DNA of 64,000 nucleotides from Candidatus Latescibacterota bacterium (GTDB taxonomy: Bacteria; Latescibacterota; UBA2968; GCA-2709665): the NCBI GenBank assembly GCA_965248435.1, contig OZ252100.1, forward strand, positions 3,936,001 to 4,000,000, given 5' to 3'. Below, in pieces: positions 30,927 to 40,662 of the stretch. Positions within the stretch are counted from its first letter, which is position 1, and every line of letters starts with the position of its first letter. The notes under the pieces were generated by a model. The model was not told where the DNA came from, did no database searches, and saw only the letters and a list, made by a program, of their open reading frames with translations. A program made the position numbers and the translations under genes.

Positions 30927-31308
30927 GCTTCCTCACGCTTCCAGATGTAACCAGGCTGAAGCGATCGACAGGGCTGTGGCACAACCGACCGGCAGACGGA
31001 TCGAGAAAAAGCCCGTCCGCCCCCAACCACCCTTCTCTGCATCATCACGCAAGGCGCAACTCATTCCGGTGACGGGCCGCCACGAGCGCGTCAACCTGTC
31101 TCACCTCATTTAGCCCGCGCGGGTCCTGCCGCATCCCTGCCTGTAAGTGCTCTCACGCTTCAGCCCAACTCTAACAGTATCGACACAGTCTGCGTCCGTA
31201 TCGACCTCGTAGAGAATCCGGGTGTTGCGGTCGATCCAGAAGCGAAGCCTATTCCTGCGCTCCCGAATTATTGGCGTGTGGCTACATTAATAATGGGGAG
31301 GGTGACGG

Positions 31309-33291
31309 GTGGCCAGCAGCCAGAAACTAGAGCAGAAGGGTCTCTACCCGAAGCCGGATGCCGGCGCCTCGGTGAGCTTCGGGACAGTGGTGACCGTCCT
31401 TGTGGTGATCGCGGCGGGCGTGATCTGGGCCGAATGGACCGCCTTCTACCTCCGGGCGTCGCGGCTGACCCGCAGCCACTTCCCGATGGCCCTCTTCTTC
31501 CCGTTCCTGACGGCGGCCGTCCTGAATATGCTGCTGAACCGGGTCAGGCCAGGATGGGGGCTCTCCCGGACCGAACTCCTGGTGGTGATGGGGGCCGGGT
31601 TGGTGGCCATGGCCGTGCCGTTCGAAGGGATTGTGGGCCACCTGATCGGGATCTCCGCGGGGTTCTTCTACTTTGCCGCGCCGGAAAACGGATGGATACG
31701 CTACCTGAACGACCTCGTCCCCGGCTGGATGGTCACGCAAGACGTGGGGAACGCGACGACGTGGTTCTACGAAGGTCTCCCGCAGGGCCAGATGCCGCCC
31801 GTTGCGGCCTGGCTGACGCCCCTTTTCTGGTGGACCTGTCTGATCGGGGGCATGGCCTTTGCGGTCTTCTGCCTGGTGGTGATGCTCCGGAAGCAGTGGG
31901 TGGAGCACGAGCGGCTGACCTACCCCATGGTCGAAGTGGGTCAGATGCTGTCGGAGACGGAACCGGGCGGGCGGCTGCCGGTGCTTCTCCACGCCCGAAT
32001 GTTCTGGGTCGGGTTCGGGCTGGTTATGGCGCTCAAGCTGTGGAACATACTCTCCTACTTCACCCCGGCGTTTCCCGAGATTCCGTTCGAAACGGGCACC
32101 TTCGAGCCCCTCACGGACTTCCCCTCACTCCCTCAACGCATCAGCTTCTACGCCATCGGGTTCGGCTACTTCGCCCGAAAGGACGTGCTTTTCAGCGTCT
32201 GGTTCTTCATCCTGCTGACGGGGTGCGAGGTCTTCGCCTTCAACCGGCTCGGCTACCCGCTGGGGGCAGCGGGCACGCACTGGGAGAGTGAAGTGCTGAG
32301 ATGGCAGGGTGTAGGGGCGCTGTTGTTCCTGGCCGGTTGGAGCCTCTGGATGGCCCGGCGGCACCTCCGGGCGGTCTGGCGCAAGGCCCTGCAACCGAAC
32401 TCGGCGACTGATGACAGCGGGGAACTCCTCTCCTACCGCACGGCCGTCTTCGGTCTTGTGGGATCGCTTGTGTTCGTGGGCGCCTGGCTGCACGCGGCGG
32501 GGATGGAGCTCTGGGTCGTGCTCACGTTTCTTTCGGCGTCGCTCCTCATCCCTCTGGGCCTCGCAAGGGTGGTCGCCGAGGTCGGCCTGGCCTATGTCTA
32601 CTACCGGGTCCATCCTTACGATTTTGTGCTGCAGATGATGGGCACCCGCCTGATGGGGCCAGCGAGCGCGACCGCGGTCGCGACGATGGGGGCGCTCAGC
32701 AGCGGGGGGCTCAAGAGCGGCAAGGGCTTCCTGCTTCCGGCGTTCACCCAGGCAGCGAAGGCCGTGGACGGCCTCGTCACCCCCAGGCGGATCGCGTGGG
32801 TCATCTGCCTGGGGCTCGGCGTTGGATTCGCCATCTCCCTGGCCGACACTCTGTTTCTGGGGTATCGCTACGGGGCCTACAACCTGAGGGCCCACCTGGT
32901 GTGGGTCTCCAAATACGCATTCAACCAGGCAGTCTCCTCCATCCGGAACCCCATGCCGATGGGGGGAAACGGGCGCGCGATGTGGGCCGGGATGGGCGCG
33001 GCGGTGATGGCGGCGCTGACGCTCGTGCGCTACCGGCTGCCCTGGTGGCCGCTGCACCCGATCGGGCTGGCCGTACAGGGTAACTACGGGGTGACCAAGA
33101 CGGGGCAGTCGATCCTTCTGGTCTGGGCGATCAAGTCCGTGGTCCTGCGCCTCGGAGGGGTCGCCCTCTACGACCGGGGCAAACCCTTCTTCGTCGGGCT
33201 GCTGGCCGCACAGGCGCTGAGCGCGGCTCTGGTGTCGGGCATCGACTTTCTTTGGTTTCCGCTGCACGGGCACAATGTCCACAACTATTGA
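31309..33291 (+). CDS. DUF6785/DUF6784-like polytopic membrane protein (putative transporter)
   Basis: Many TM segments; LSRTELL, YFAAPENGW, RKQWVEHERLTYPM, SYRTA, WWPLHPIG and KPFFVGL. Confidence 0.8.
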   Translation: MASSQKLEQKGLYPKPDAGASVSFGTVVTVLVVIAAGVIWAEWTAFYLRASRLTRSHFPMALFFPFLTAAVLNMLLNRVRPGWGLSRTELLVVMGAGLVAMAVPFEGIVGHLIGISAGFFYFAAPENGWIRYLNDLVPGWMVTQDVGNATTWFYEGLPQGQMPPVAAWLTPLFWWTCLIGGMAFAVFCLVVMLRKQWVEHERLTYPMVEVGQMLSETEPGGRLPVLLHARMFWVGFGLVMALKLWNILSYFTPAFPEIPFETGTFEPLTDFPSLPQRISFYAIGFGYFARKDVLFSVWFFILLTGCEVFAFNRLGYPLGAAGTHWESEVLRWQGVGALLFLAGWSLWMARRHLRAVWRKALQPNSATDDSGELLSYRTAVFGLVGSLVFVGAWLHAAGMELWVVLTFLSASLLIPLGLARVVAEVGLAYVYYRVHPYDFVLQMMGTRLMGPASATAVATMGALSSGGLKSGKGFLLPAFTQAAKAVDGLVTPRRIAWVICLGLGVGFAISLADTLFLGYRYGAYNLRAHLVWVSKYAFNQAVSSIRNPMPMGGNGRAMWAGMGAAVMAALTLVRYRLPWWPLHPIGLAVQGNYGVTKTGQSILLVWAIKSVVLRLGGVALYDRGKPFFVGLLAAQALSAALVSGIDFLWFPLHGHNVHNY

Positions 33292-33305
33292 CCTGGAGGG
33301 AATCG

Positions 33306-34799
33306 ATGGAACCGCTCCTCAGCTACGCACGCGTCTTCGCCGGAGCGTCACGGTATGATGAAGCCGGCAATGCGCACCCCTTTCATGCACCGGAAGGGAT
33401 TTGTCTGAAGCTTACGCCTGCCGAGAAGTCGGACGTCGTGGTGGCTATGGACCGCCCGTGGGAAAGGGAGGTCATTGGCCACGTCACAGTTTACCGTGAT
33501 CAAGGCAAGTACCGGATGTGGTACGGGGCGCGCAGCGGGCCCCTTCCAGACGAGCGGTTCACGTGCTACGCTGAAAGCGAAGACGGATTTCAGTGGGAGA
33601 AACCGGAGCTGGGCCTGTATGAGTTCGAAGGGTCAAAGAAAAACAACATCTGCCTTGTAGGCCCCTATGCCATGCAAGGCTCCGTGTTCATCGACGAGAA
33701 CCCTGATGCGACGGAACGCTACAAGAGGCTTGGTCATTGTCCGCAGTGGTACGACGAAGAGGGTAAGGAGATTTCGAACAAAGTAGGCCTGGCGCGGTGG
33801 AAGGAGCTGGGCGAACAGGGCTACGACCGTGACGAGGTGAGGCAGATGGTGCGGTTGGTAGGCACGCACCGGGCAATGACGTCTCCGGACGGAATCCACT
33901 GGACAGTGCTAAAAGAACCCATTTTTGAGGGCTTCTGCGACACTCAAACGGTGGCGTATTTCGATGTGGAAAAGAAGAAGTACATCGGCTACTTCCGGAC
34001 CACTATCGACGGCCGGCGGGCGGTGGGGATGTCGGAGACCGAGGACTTCTCGGCGTGGCCGGTACCAAAGCCGATATTCGCGCCGGATGCGCTGGATGGT
34101 CCGAGTGACTCGTTTTACACGAATGCGTACTCCCGCTATCCGGGAGCGGACCTGCATCTGATGTTTCCGGCCGTGTTCCACCAGGTTACCGACAATACAG
34201 ACATCCAACTCGCCGTGAGTAGTGACGGGCGGAATTGGTCGAGGCCGTCCAGGGAAAGCATACTTGATTGTGGGGATTTGGAAAGTGGCGAACCTGGTGG
34301 AGTCTACGTCAACGCTGCTCTTTTCACCCTGCCTGATGGTAGATTTGCGATTCCGTACTTGGGACGGAGATCACGCCATCATCAAGTGTACTACACAACC
34401 ATCACCAAAGATGCGCAGGTCCGGCTTGCGCTGTGGCCCGAGCACCGACTCGGCGGCATACGGGCCGATAATCGCGGGGAGTTTACGCTCGAGAGTCGGA
34501 TGATCTCCGGCGGGGAGCTTGTGCTGAACTGCCAGGCGGACAGAGGCGGATGGATTCGGGCTGCGCTCTACGAGAACATCCCGCACCCCCCGCAGCCGGG
34601 GGAGCCGCTTCCCGGCTATTCCTTCGAAGATTGCGAACCGGTTTCGGGAAATCATTTTCGGCAGCCGATGAAGTGGAAGGGCAGCTCCGATCTGTCGTCT
34701 CTGTCGGGGAAGAAGATCAACCTCCGGTTTCAGATGAACCGGGCGATTCTGTATGCGCTTGAGCTCGGAAAAGCGACCGACGAACGTCACAGTACGTGA
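33306..34799 (+). CDS. Uncharacterised beta-propeller glycoside hydrolase-like protein (GH32/43 clan-like), paralog A1
   Basis: RPWE, YRMWY, CYAESEDGFQWEKP, SPDGIHW and SSDGRNWSR repeats, plus a C-terminal domain. Confidence 0.75.
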   Translation: MEPLLSYARVFAGASRYDEAGNAHPFHAPEGICLKLTPAEKSDVVVAMDRPWEREVIGHVTVYRDQGKYRMWYGARSGPLPDERFTCYAESEDGFQWEKPELGLYEFEGSKKNNICLVGPYAMQGSVFIDENPDATERYKRLGHCPQWYDEEGKEISNKVGLARWKELGEQGYDRDEVRQMVRLVGTHRAMTSPDGIHWTVLKEPIFEGFCDTQTVAYFDVEKKKYIGYFRTTIDGRRAVGMSETEDFSAWPVPKPIFAPDALDGPSDSFYTNAYSRYPGADLHLMFPAVFHQVTDNTDIQLAVSSDGRNWSRPSRESILDCGDLESGEPGGVYVNAALFTLPDGRFAIPYLGRRSRHHQVYYTTITKDAQVRLALWPEHRLGGIRADNRGEFTLESRMISGGELVLNCQADRGGWIRAALYENIPHPPQPGEPLPGYSFEDCEPVSGNHFRQPMKWKGSSDLSSLSGKKINLRFQMNRAILYALELGKATDERHST

Positions 34800-34821
34800 A
34801 GAATGAAACAATAATCAATAT

Positions 34822-35841
34822 GCTGGATTCAATGACTAAGTGCAACACTTGGACTTGAAGACTTCAGCTGGTGTTTTGAAGTTAAGACATTTTCTTGGTC
34901 GGTTGTTGATCCGGTTCTGAATTTTCTTTAACTCGTGTTTGCTGACCTTTGAGAAGTCTGTCTTCTTGGGGAGGTATCTGCGGACCAGACCGATAGCGTT
35001 TTCCACAGCGCCTCGCTCCCAGCTGTGGAACGGTTTGCAGAAATAGGATTTGGTGCCAAGCACCTCGTTGACCCGTTGATGTTGGCCGTTTTCGGATCCG
35101 TTGTCATATGTGATGCTCTTCCTCATGTGGGGAGGATGTCGCCCAAGGCGTCGATTAATCGCTTCGGCGACCTCCGAGGGTCCGTTCTTTGCCAGCTTAG
35201 CCAGGTGTAGGTATCTCGACGATCGCTCAAGACAAGCGCCAACGGCCTGTTTGCTCTCACGAGAGATGATGGTGTCGGATTCCCAGTGGCCAGGTTGTTT
35301 CCGTTTTTCGATGTAACGGGGACGTCGATCGATCGAAATACGGCCTGGAATGTGGCTTTCCCGGTGTTTTCGGGTATGCCACCGCGGCTTTCGTTTTTTG
35401 TGAGCTCGGGATAAGCAAGCAACCAGATCCCGCTGCTTGTGCACCTTTGGATCGTAGATATACTGGTAGATGGCTTCGTGGCTGATACCCGCGCTCGGAC
35501 GCTCCTCGGGAAGCCTCCCAGCGATCAACTCGGGAGACCATCCTTGCTTGAGTTTGGTCTCGACATATCGCCGGATAACCGGATTCTTCAGCCGTTTCCG
35601 CTTGCCGGCCTCCCGCTTACGTTTCTCAGCCCTTCTGTGAGCCTGGAGGCCCGAGTAACTCTCAGCTATCGGGGACGGATTACGTTTCAACTCTCTTGAA
35701 ATCGTGCTGGCGCTCCGGTCAAGGGCCTTGGCAATATCTCTAAGGCTTGCACCAGTGGCTCGACTGCTTGTAATTGTTTCCCATACACTTAGGATAGGAC
35801 AGTTGCTACCCTAAGTGTTGCACTTCCTTATTGAACTCGGG
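34822..35841 (-). mobile_element. IS30 copy 2 (1020 bp) with a 35-bp deletion frameshifting the transposase
   Basis: Same IRs as copy 1; TSD TAT; lacks AAAGCGCAAT...CGTAAGA at 35764/35765 relative to copy 3. Confidence 0.93.
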
Positions 35842-35950
35842 TATCCAATATCGAATATCCAATGATCAAGGGCGATGAGAAACGCGTGGTTCACGAGTCG
35901 GTGAGCCCAATGCAACAATAGAGATTTGGTCCAAAAACCGGAGGGAATCG

Positions 35951-37444
35951 ATGGAACCGCTACTCAGCTATGCACGCGTCTTCGCCGGAGCGTCACGGTA
36001 TGATGAAGCAGGCAATGCGCACCCCTTTCATGCACCGGAAGGGATTTGCCTGAAGCTTACGCCTGCCGAGAAGTCGGACGTCGTGGTGGCGATGGACCGC
36101 CCGTGGGAAAGGATGATGATTTGCCACGTGACAGTGCGCCGTGATCAAGGCAAGTACCGGATGTGGTACGGGGCACGCAGCGGGCCCCCTCCTGACGAGC
36201 AGTTCTTGTGCTACGCCGAGAGCGAAGACGGATTTCAGTGGGAGAAACCGGAGCTGGGCCTGTATGAGTTCGAAGGGTCCAAGAAGAACAACATCTGTCT
36301 TGTAGGCCCCCATGCCATGCGAGGCTCCGTGTTCATCGACGAGAACCCTGAGGCCGAGGAACGGTACAAGAAGCTCGGTCATTCTCCCCGGTGGTACGAC
36401 GAAGAGGGCAAGGAGATCTCGAACAAAGAAGGCCTGGCGCGGTGGAAGGAACTGGGCGAGCAGGGCTACAACCGTGACGAGGTGAGGCAGAAGGTGCGTT
36501 TGGTGGGCACGCACCGGGCAATGACGTCTTCGGACGGAATCCACTGGACAGTGTTGAAAGAACCCATTTTTGAGGGCTTCTGCGACTCCCAAACGGTGGC
36601 GTATTTCGACGTCGAAAAGAAGAAGTACATCGGTTACTTCCGGACCACAATCGACGGCCGGAGGGCGGTGGGAATGTCGGAGACCAAAGACTTCTCGGCG
36701 TGGCCGGTACCAAAACCGATATTCGCGCCGGATGCGCTGGATGGTCCGAGTGACTCGTTATACACGAACGCGTACTCCCGCTATCCGGGAGCGGACTTGC
36801 ATCTGATGTTTCCGGCCGTGTTCCACCAGGTTACCGACAATACAGACATCCAGCTCGCCGTGAGTAGTGACGGGCGGAATTGGTCGAGGCCGTCCAGGGC
36901 AAGCATACTTGATTGTGGGGATTCGGAAAGCGGCGATGGCGGTGGAGTCTACGCCTCCGCTGCTCTCTTCATCTTGCCTGATGGTAGATTTGCGATTCCG
37001 TACCTGGCACAGAGATCACGCCATCATGAAGCGTTCTACCCAACCACCGACAAGGAAACACAGCTCCGTCTTGCGTTGTGGCCCGAGCATCGGCTCGGAG
37101 GCATACGGGCCGACAATCGCGGGGAGTTTACGCTCGAGAGTCGGATGATCGCCGGAGGGGAGCTTGTGCTGAACTCCCAGGCGGACAGAGGCGGATGGAT
37201 TCGGGCTGCGTTCTACGAGAACATCCCGCACCCCCCGGAGCCGGGGGAGCCGCTTCCCGGCTATTCCTTCGAAGATTGCGAACCGGTTTCGGGAAATCAT
37301 TTTCGGCAGCCGATGAAGTGGAAGGGCAGCTCCGATCTGTCGTCTCTGTCGGGGAAGAAGATCAACGTCCGGTTTCAGATGAACCGGGCGACCCTGTATG
37401 CGCTTGAGCTCGGAAAAGCGACCGACGAACGTCACAGTACGTGA
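35951..37444 (+). CDS. Beta-propeller hydrolase-like protein, paralog A2
   Basis: Colinear 497-aa near-duplicate of A1. Confidence 0.75.
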   Translation: MEPLLSYARVFAGASRYDEAGNAHPFHAPEGICLKLTPAEKSDVVVAMDRPWERMMICHVTVRRDQGKYRMWYGARSGPPPDEQFLCYAESEDGFQWEKPELGLYEFEGSKKNNICLVGPHAMRGSVFIDENPEAEERYKKLGHSPRWYDEEGKEISNKEGLARWKELGEQGYNRDEVRQKVRLVGTHRAMTSSDGIHWTVLKEPIFEGFCDSQTVAYFDVEKKKYIGYFRTTIDGRRAVGMSETKDFSAWPVPKPIFAPDALDGPSDSLYTNAYSRYPGADLHLMFPAVFHQVTDNTDIQLAVSSDGRNWSRPSRASILDCGDSESGDGGGVYASAALFILPDGRFAIPYLAQRSRHHEAFYPTTDKETQLRLALWPEHRLGGIRADNRGEFTLESRMIAGGELVLNSQADRGGWIRAAFYENIPHPPEPGEPLPGYSFEDCEPVSGNHFRQPMKWKGSSDLSSLSGKKINVRFQMNRATLYALELGKATDERHST

Positions 37445-37531
37445 AAAAAGAAACAATATCCAATAATCAAGGGCGATAAGAAACGCCTGGTTGACATTCG
37501 CCGGCGGCAACCCATAGATGGAGTTCCATTC

Positions 37532-38992
37532 GTGTCCGATCCCGATTGCCCAAACATCGTCCTGCTGATGACGGATCAGCAGAAGGCGTCGGCCGTCGGT
37601 TGCTACGGCAACCGTCACGTGCCGTCGCCGTTTCAGGATCGCATGGCGGCCGAAGGTATTGCGTTCACACAATGCTTCGCGAACTCATCGGTGTGTACGC
37701 CTTCCCGGGCCTCGATCATGACCGGGGTCAATCCGCTGGTGCATCAGTCTACGGCCGTGCAACATCGCGTGCCTTGGAACCTGCCGCAGTTTCCCGAACT
37801 GCTCAGCTGGCACGGCTATTTAAATGCCGCTTTCGGCCATTGTGAAGGTCCGCGCGGACTCGACCGCGGTTATCACCGGCAGAAGGATGGCAGCTCGGTG
37901 GGGCCGCTGCTCAATGCCAAGCGCACGTGGATGGACGCCGGCCGGGCCGACGTCGCGTGGGGGTACGGCCCCGTCGATTTGCCGGTCGAGGCGTCGCACG
38001 CCGCGCTGTTGACCGATGAAGCGATCCGAGCCCTGCGGGAGGCGAAGCATGCCGAGGCGCCATTCTTTCTGCAGCTATCCTTCGACGATCCGCATCAGCC
38101 TTATTGCGCGCCGCGTCCCTTCGATACGCTCGTCGATCCGATGGCCGTCGACCTTCCGCCACGCAAACCCACCGCAGGCCGGCCGGCGTGGCAGGAGAAG
38201 GTTGCGCGCGAGTGCGGGTCGCATCTCGCGTCGGACATGGACATGCGCAAAGCCATAAGCCACTACTACGGCATGATCGCGCATGCCAATGCCCAGATGG
38301 AACGGCTGTACGACGCCATGGATGCGCTTGGCCAACTGGACAACACCTGGTTCATCCTTACCTCCGACCACGGCGATTTCACCGGCGAGAAGAACCTCTA
38401 CGCCAAGTGCGAAACGACCTACGAATGTCTGCTCCGGGTACCCCTGATCATCCGACCTCCGGATTCGGTGCAAATGAAGAGGGGCATGCGTGTCGAGCAC
38501 CTCACGCAACTTGTCGACCTCATGCCCACCGTGCTCGGCCTCGCCGGCGTCAACGCCCCGCATTATATGCAGGGATACGATCTCATAGAATGGATCGCGC
38601 ATGGCGCAACGAAGCCGCTGCGCGACACGGCCTTCGCACAAGTGGGCGCCTACGAAGGCGATCTCAAAACCACCTGGCCCGGCGGGATGCCCGAGTCGGG
38701 GCGACATCCTTCCCTCGTGCAGCACGCACGCACCCTTGGCATCGCCTACACCCGGGATCCGGACTATGGCGATGAAGCCTACGACCTGCGCGCCGATCCT
38801 CATGAGTTGGACAACCTGCTCAATCCCGGCAAAGCCGCCCCGCCCGCGGAAGTGGAGGACCTGCGGGGCCGGCTCGATGGATTCGAAGCCACGTGCCTTG
38901 CGCTGCGTGACGAGTTGAAAATTCGCCCCGGGGACCGCGGGTATCACGAAGGCACCAGATGGCTCGAAGCGCAGGCACGTAGTTATCCGTGA
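37532..38992 (+). CDS. Sulfatase-like hydrolase
   Basis: PNIVLLMTDQQ, CTPSRASIMTG, DPHQP and SDHGD. Confidence 0.9.
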   Translation: MSDPDCPNIVLLMTDQQKASAVGCYGNRHVPSPFQDRMAAEGIAFTQCFANSSVCTPSRASIMTGVNPLVHQSTAVQHRVPWNLPQFPELLSWHGYLNAAFGHCEGPRGLDRGYHRQKDGSSVGPLLNAKRTWMDAGRADVAWGYGPVDLPVEASHAALLTDEAIRALREAKHAEAPFFLQLSFDDPHQPYCAPRPFDTLVDPMAVDLPPRKPTAGRPAWQEKVARECGSHLASDMDMRKAISHYYGMIAHANAQMERLYDAMDALGQLDNTWFILTSDHGDFTGEKNLYAKCETTYECLLRVPLIIRPPDSVQMKRGMRVEHLTQLVDLMPTVLGLAGVNAPHYMQGYDLIEWIAHGATKPLRDTAFAQVGAYEGDLKTTWPGGMPESGRHPSLVQHARTLGIAYTRDPDYGDEAYDLRADPHELDNLLNPGKAAPPAEVEDLRGRLDGFEATCLALRDELKIRPGDRGYHEGTRWLEAQARSYP

Positions 38993-39048
38993 TTTTGTCG
39001 TAGATTACCGGACCAAACGAGATTTGGTCCGAAAACCGGAGGGAATCG

Positions 39049-40542
39049 ATGGAACCGCTCCTCAGCTATGCGCGCGTCTTCGCCGGAGCGTCACGGTATG
39101 ATGAAGCAGGCAATGCGCACCCCTTTCATGCACCGGAAGGGATTTGTCTGAAGTTTACGCCTGCCGAGAAGTCGGACGTCGTGGTGGCGATGGACCGCCC
39201 GTGGGAAAGGATGATGATTAGCCACGTGACAGTGCGCCGTGATCAAGGCAAGTACCGGATGTGGTACGGGGCGCGCAGCGGGCCCCCTCCTGACGAGCAG
39301 TTCTTGTGCTACGCTGAAAGCGAAGACGGATTTCAGTGGGAGAAACCGGAGCTGGGCCTGTATGAGTTCGAAGGGTCCAAGAAGAACAACATCTGTCTTG
39401 TTGGCCCCCATGCTATGCGAGGCTCCGTGTTTATCGACGAGAACCCTGATGCGACGGAACGGTACAAGAAGCTCGGTCATTGTCCTCAGTGGTACAACGA
39501 AGAGGGCAAGGAGATCTCGAACAAAGAAGGCCTGGCGCGGTGGAAGGAACTGGGCGAGCAGGGCTACAACCGTGACGAGGTGAGGCAGAAGGTGCGTTTG
39601 GTGGGCACGCACCGGGCAATGGCGTCTTCGGACGGAATCCACTGGACAGTGTTGAAAGAACCCATTTTCGAGGGCTTCTGTGACACCCAAACGGTGGCGT
39701 ATTTCGATGTGGAAAAGAGGAAGTACATCGGCTACTTTCGGACCACAATCGACGGCCGGAGGGCGGTGGGAATGTCGGAGACCAAAGACTTCTCGGCGTG
39801 GCCGGTACCAAAACCGATATTCGCGCCGGATGCGCTGGATGGTCCGAGTGACTCGTTTTACTCGAACTCGTGCTCCCGCTATCCGGGAGCGGATCTACAC
39901 ATCATGTTTCCGGCTGTTTTCCACCAGGTCGACTGCAGCGTGGACATTCAACTAGCGGTTAGCAGCGACGGTGTCAACTGGTCAAGGCCTTCGCGAGAAC
40001 CGATCGTGCGTTGCCTCGGCGAAAACGGCAGTGGCGACGAAATGGTACGCGGCGGAGCGGGACTGGTCGTACTGACTGACGGGCGATTCGCGCTGCCGTA
40101 CGTCGGAACAATGGGTCGCCATCACGAAACGTATTATCGGGAAATTAAACCGGGCAGCCAGTTCCGGCTTGCGATCTGGCCCGAGCATCGGCTCGGCGGC
40201 ATACGGGCTGACAATCGCGGTGAATTTACGCTTGAGAGTCGGATGATCGCCGGCGGGGAGCTTGTACTGAACTGCCAGGCGGACCGAGGCGGATGGATTC
40301 GGGCTGCGCTCTACGAGAACATCCCGCACCCCCCGGAGCCGGGGGAACCGCTTCCCGGCTATTCCTTCGAAGATTGCGAACCGGTTTCGGGAAATCAGGT
40401 TCGGCAGCCAATGAAGTGGAAGGGCAGCTCCGATCTGTCATCTCTCTCGGGGAAGAAGATCAACGTCCGGTTTCAGATGAACCGGGCGACCCTGTATGCG
40501 CTTGAGCTCGGAAAAGCGACCGACGAACGCCACAGTATTTGA
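39049..40542 (+). CDS. Beta-propeller hydrolase-like protein, paralog A3
   Basis: Colinear 497-aa near-duplicate of A1/A2 with one divergent internal block. Confidence 0.75.
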   Translation: MEPLLSYARVFAGASRYDEAGNAHPFHAPEGICLKFTPAEKSDVVVAMDRPWERMMISHVTVRRDQGKYRMWYGARSGPPPDEQFLCYAESEDGFQWEKPELGLYEFEGSKKNNICLVGPHAMRGSVFIDENPDATERYKKLGHCPQWYNEEGKEISNKEGLARWKELGEQGYNRDEVRQKVRLVGTHRAMASSDGIHWTVLKEPIFEGFCDTQTVAYFDVEKRKYIGYFRTTIDGRRAVGMSETKDFSAWPVPKPIFAPDALDGPSDSFYSNSCSRYPGADLHIMFPAVFHQVDCSVDIQLAVSSDGVNWSRPSREPIVRCLGENGSGDEMVRGGAGLVVLTDGRFALPYVGTMGRHHETYYREIKPGSQFRLAIWPEHRLGGIRADNRGEFTLESRMIAGGELVLNCQADRGGWIRAALYENIPHPPEPGEPLPGYSFEDCEPVSGNQVRQPMKWKGSSDLSSLSGKKINVRFQMNRATLYALELGKATDERHSI

Positions 40543-40662
40543 CCACAAGAAGGAATTGACATTGAAATAAATCCCCCCTGCCCCCCTTTTTCAAAGGGGG
40601 GACATTGCTCTAAATGATGTGGATTCTCTATTCAGAAAGCTAATACTTCCCCCTTTGTTAAA

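Noticed and set aside
30927-31308. Possible riboswitch or ncRNA in the 380-bp gap before the DUF6785 gene
   Set aside because: No recognisable aptamer, tRNA fold or second copy; needs an Rfam search.
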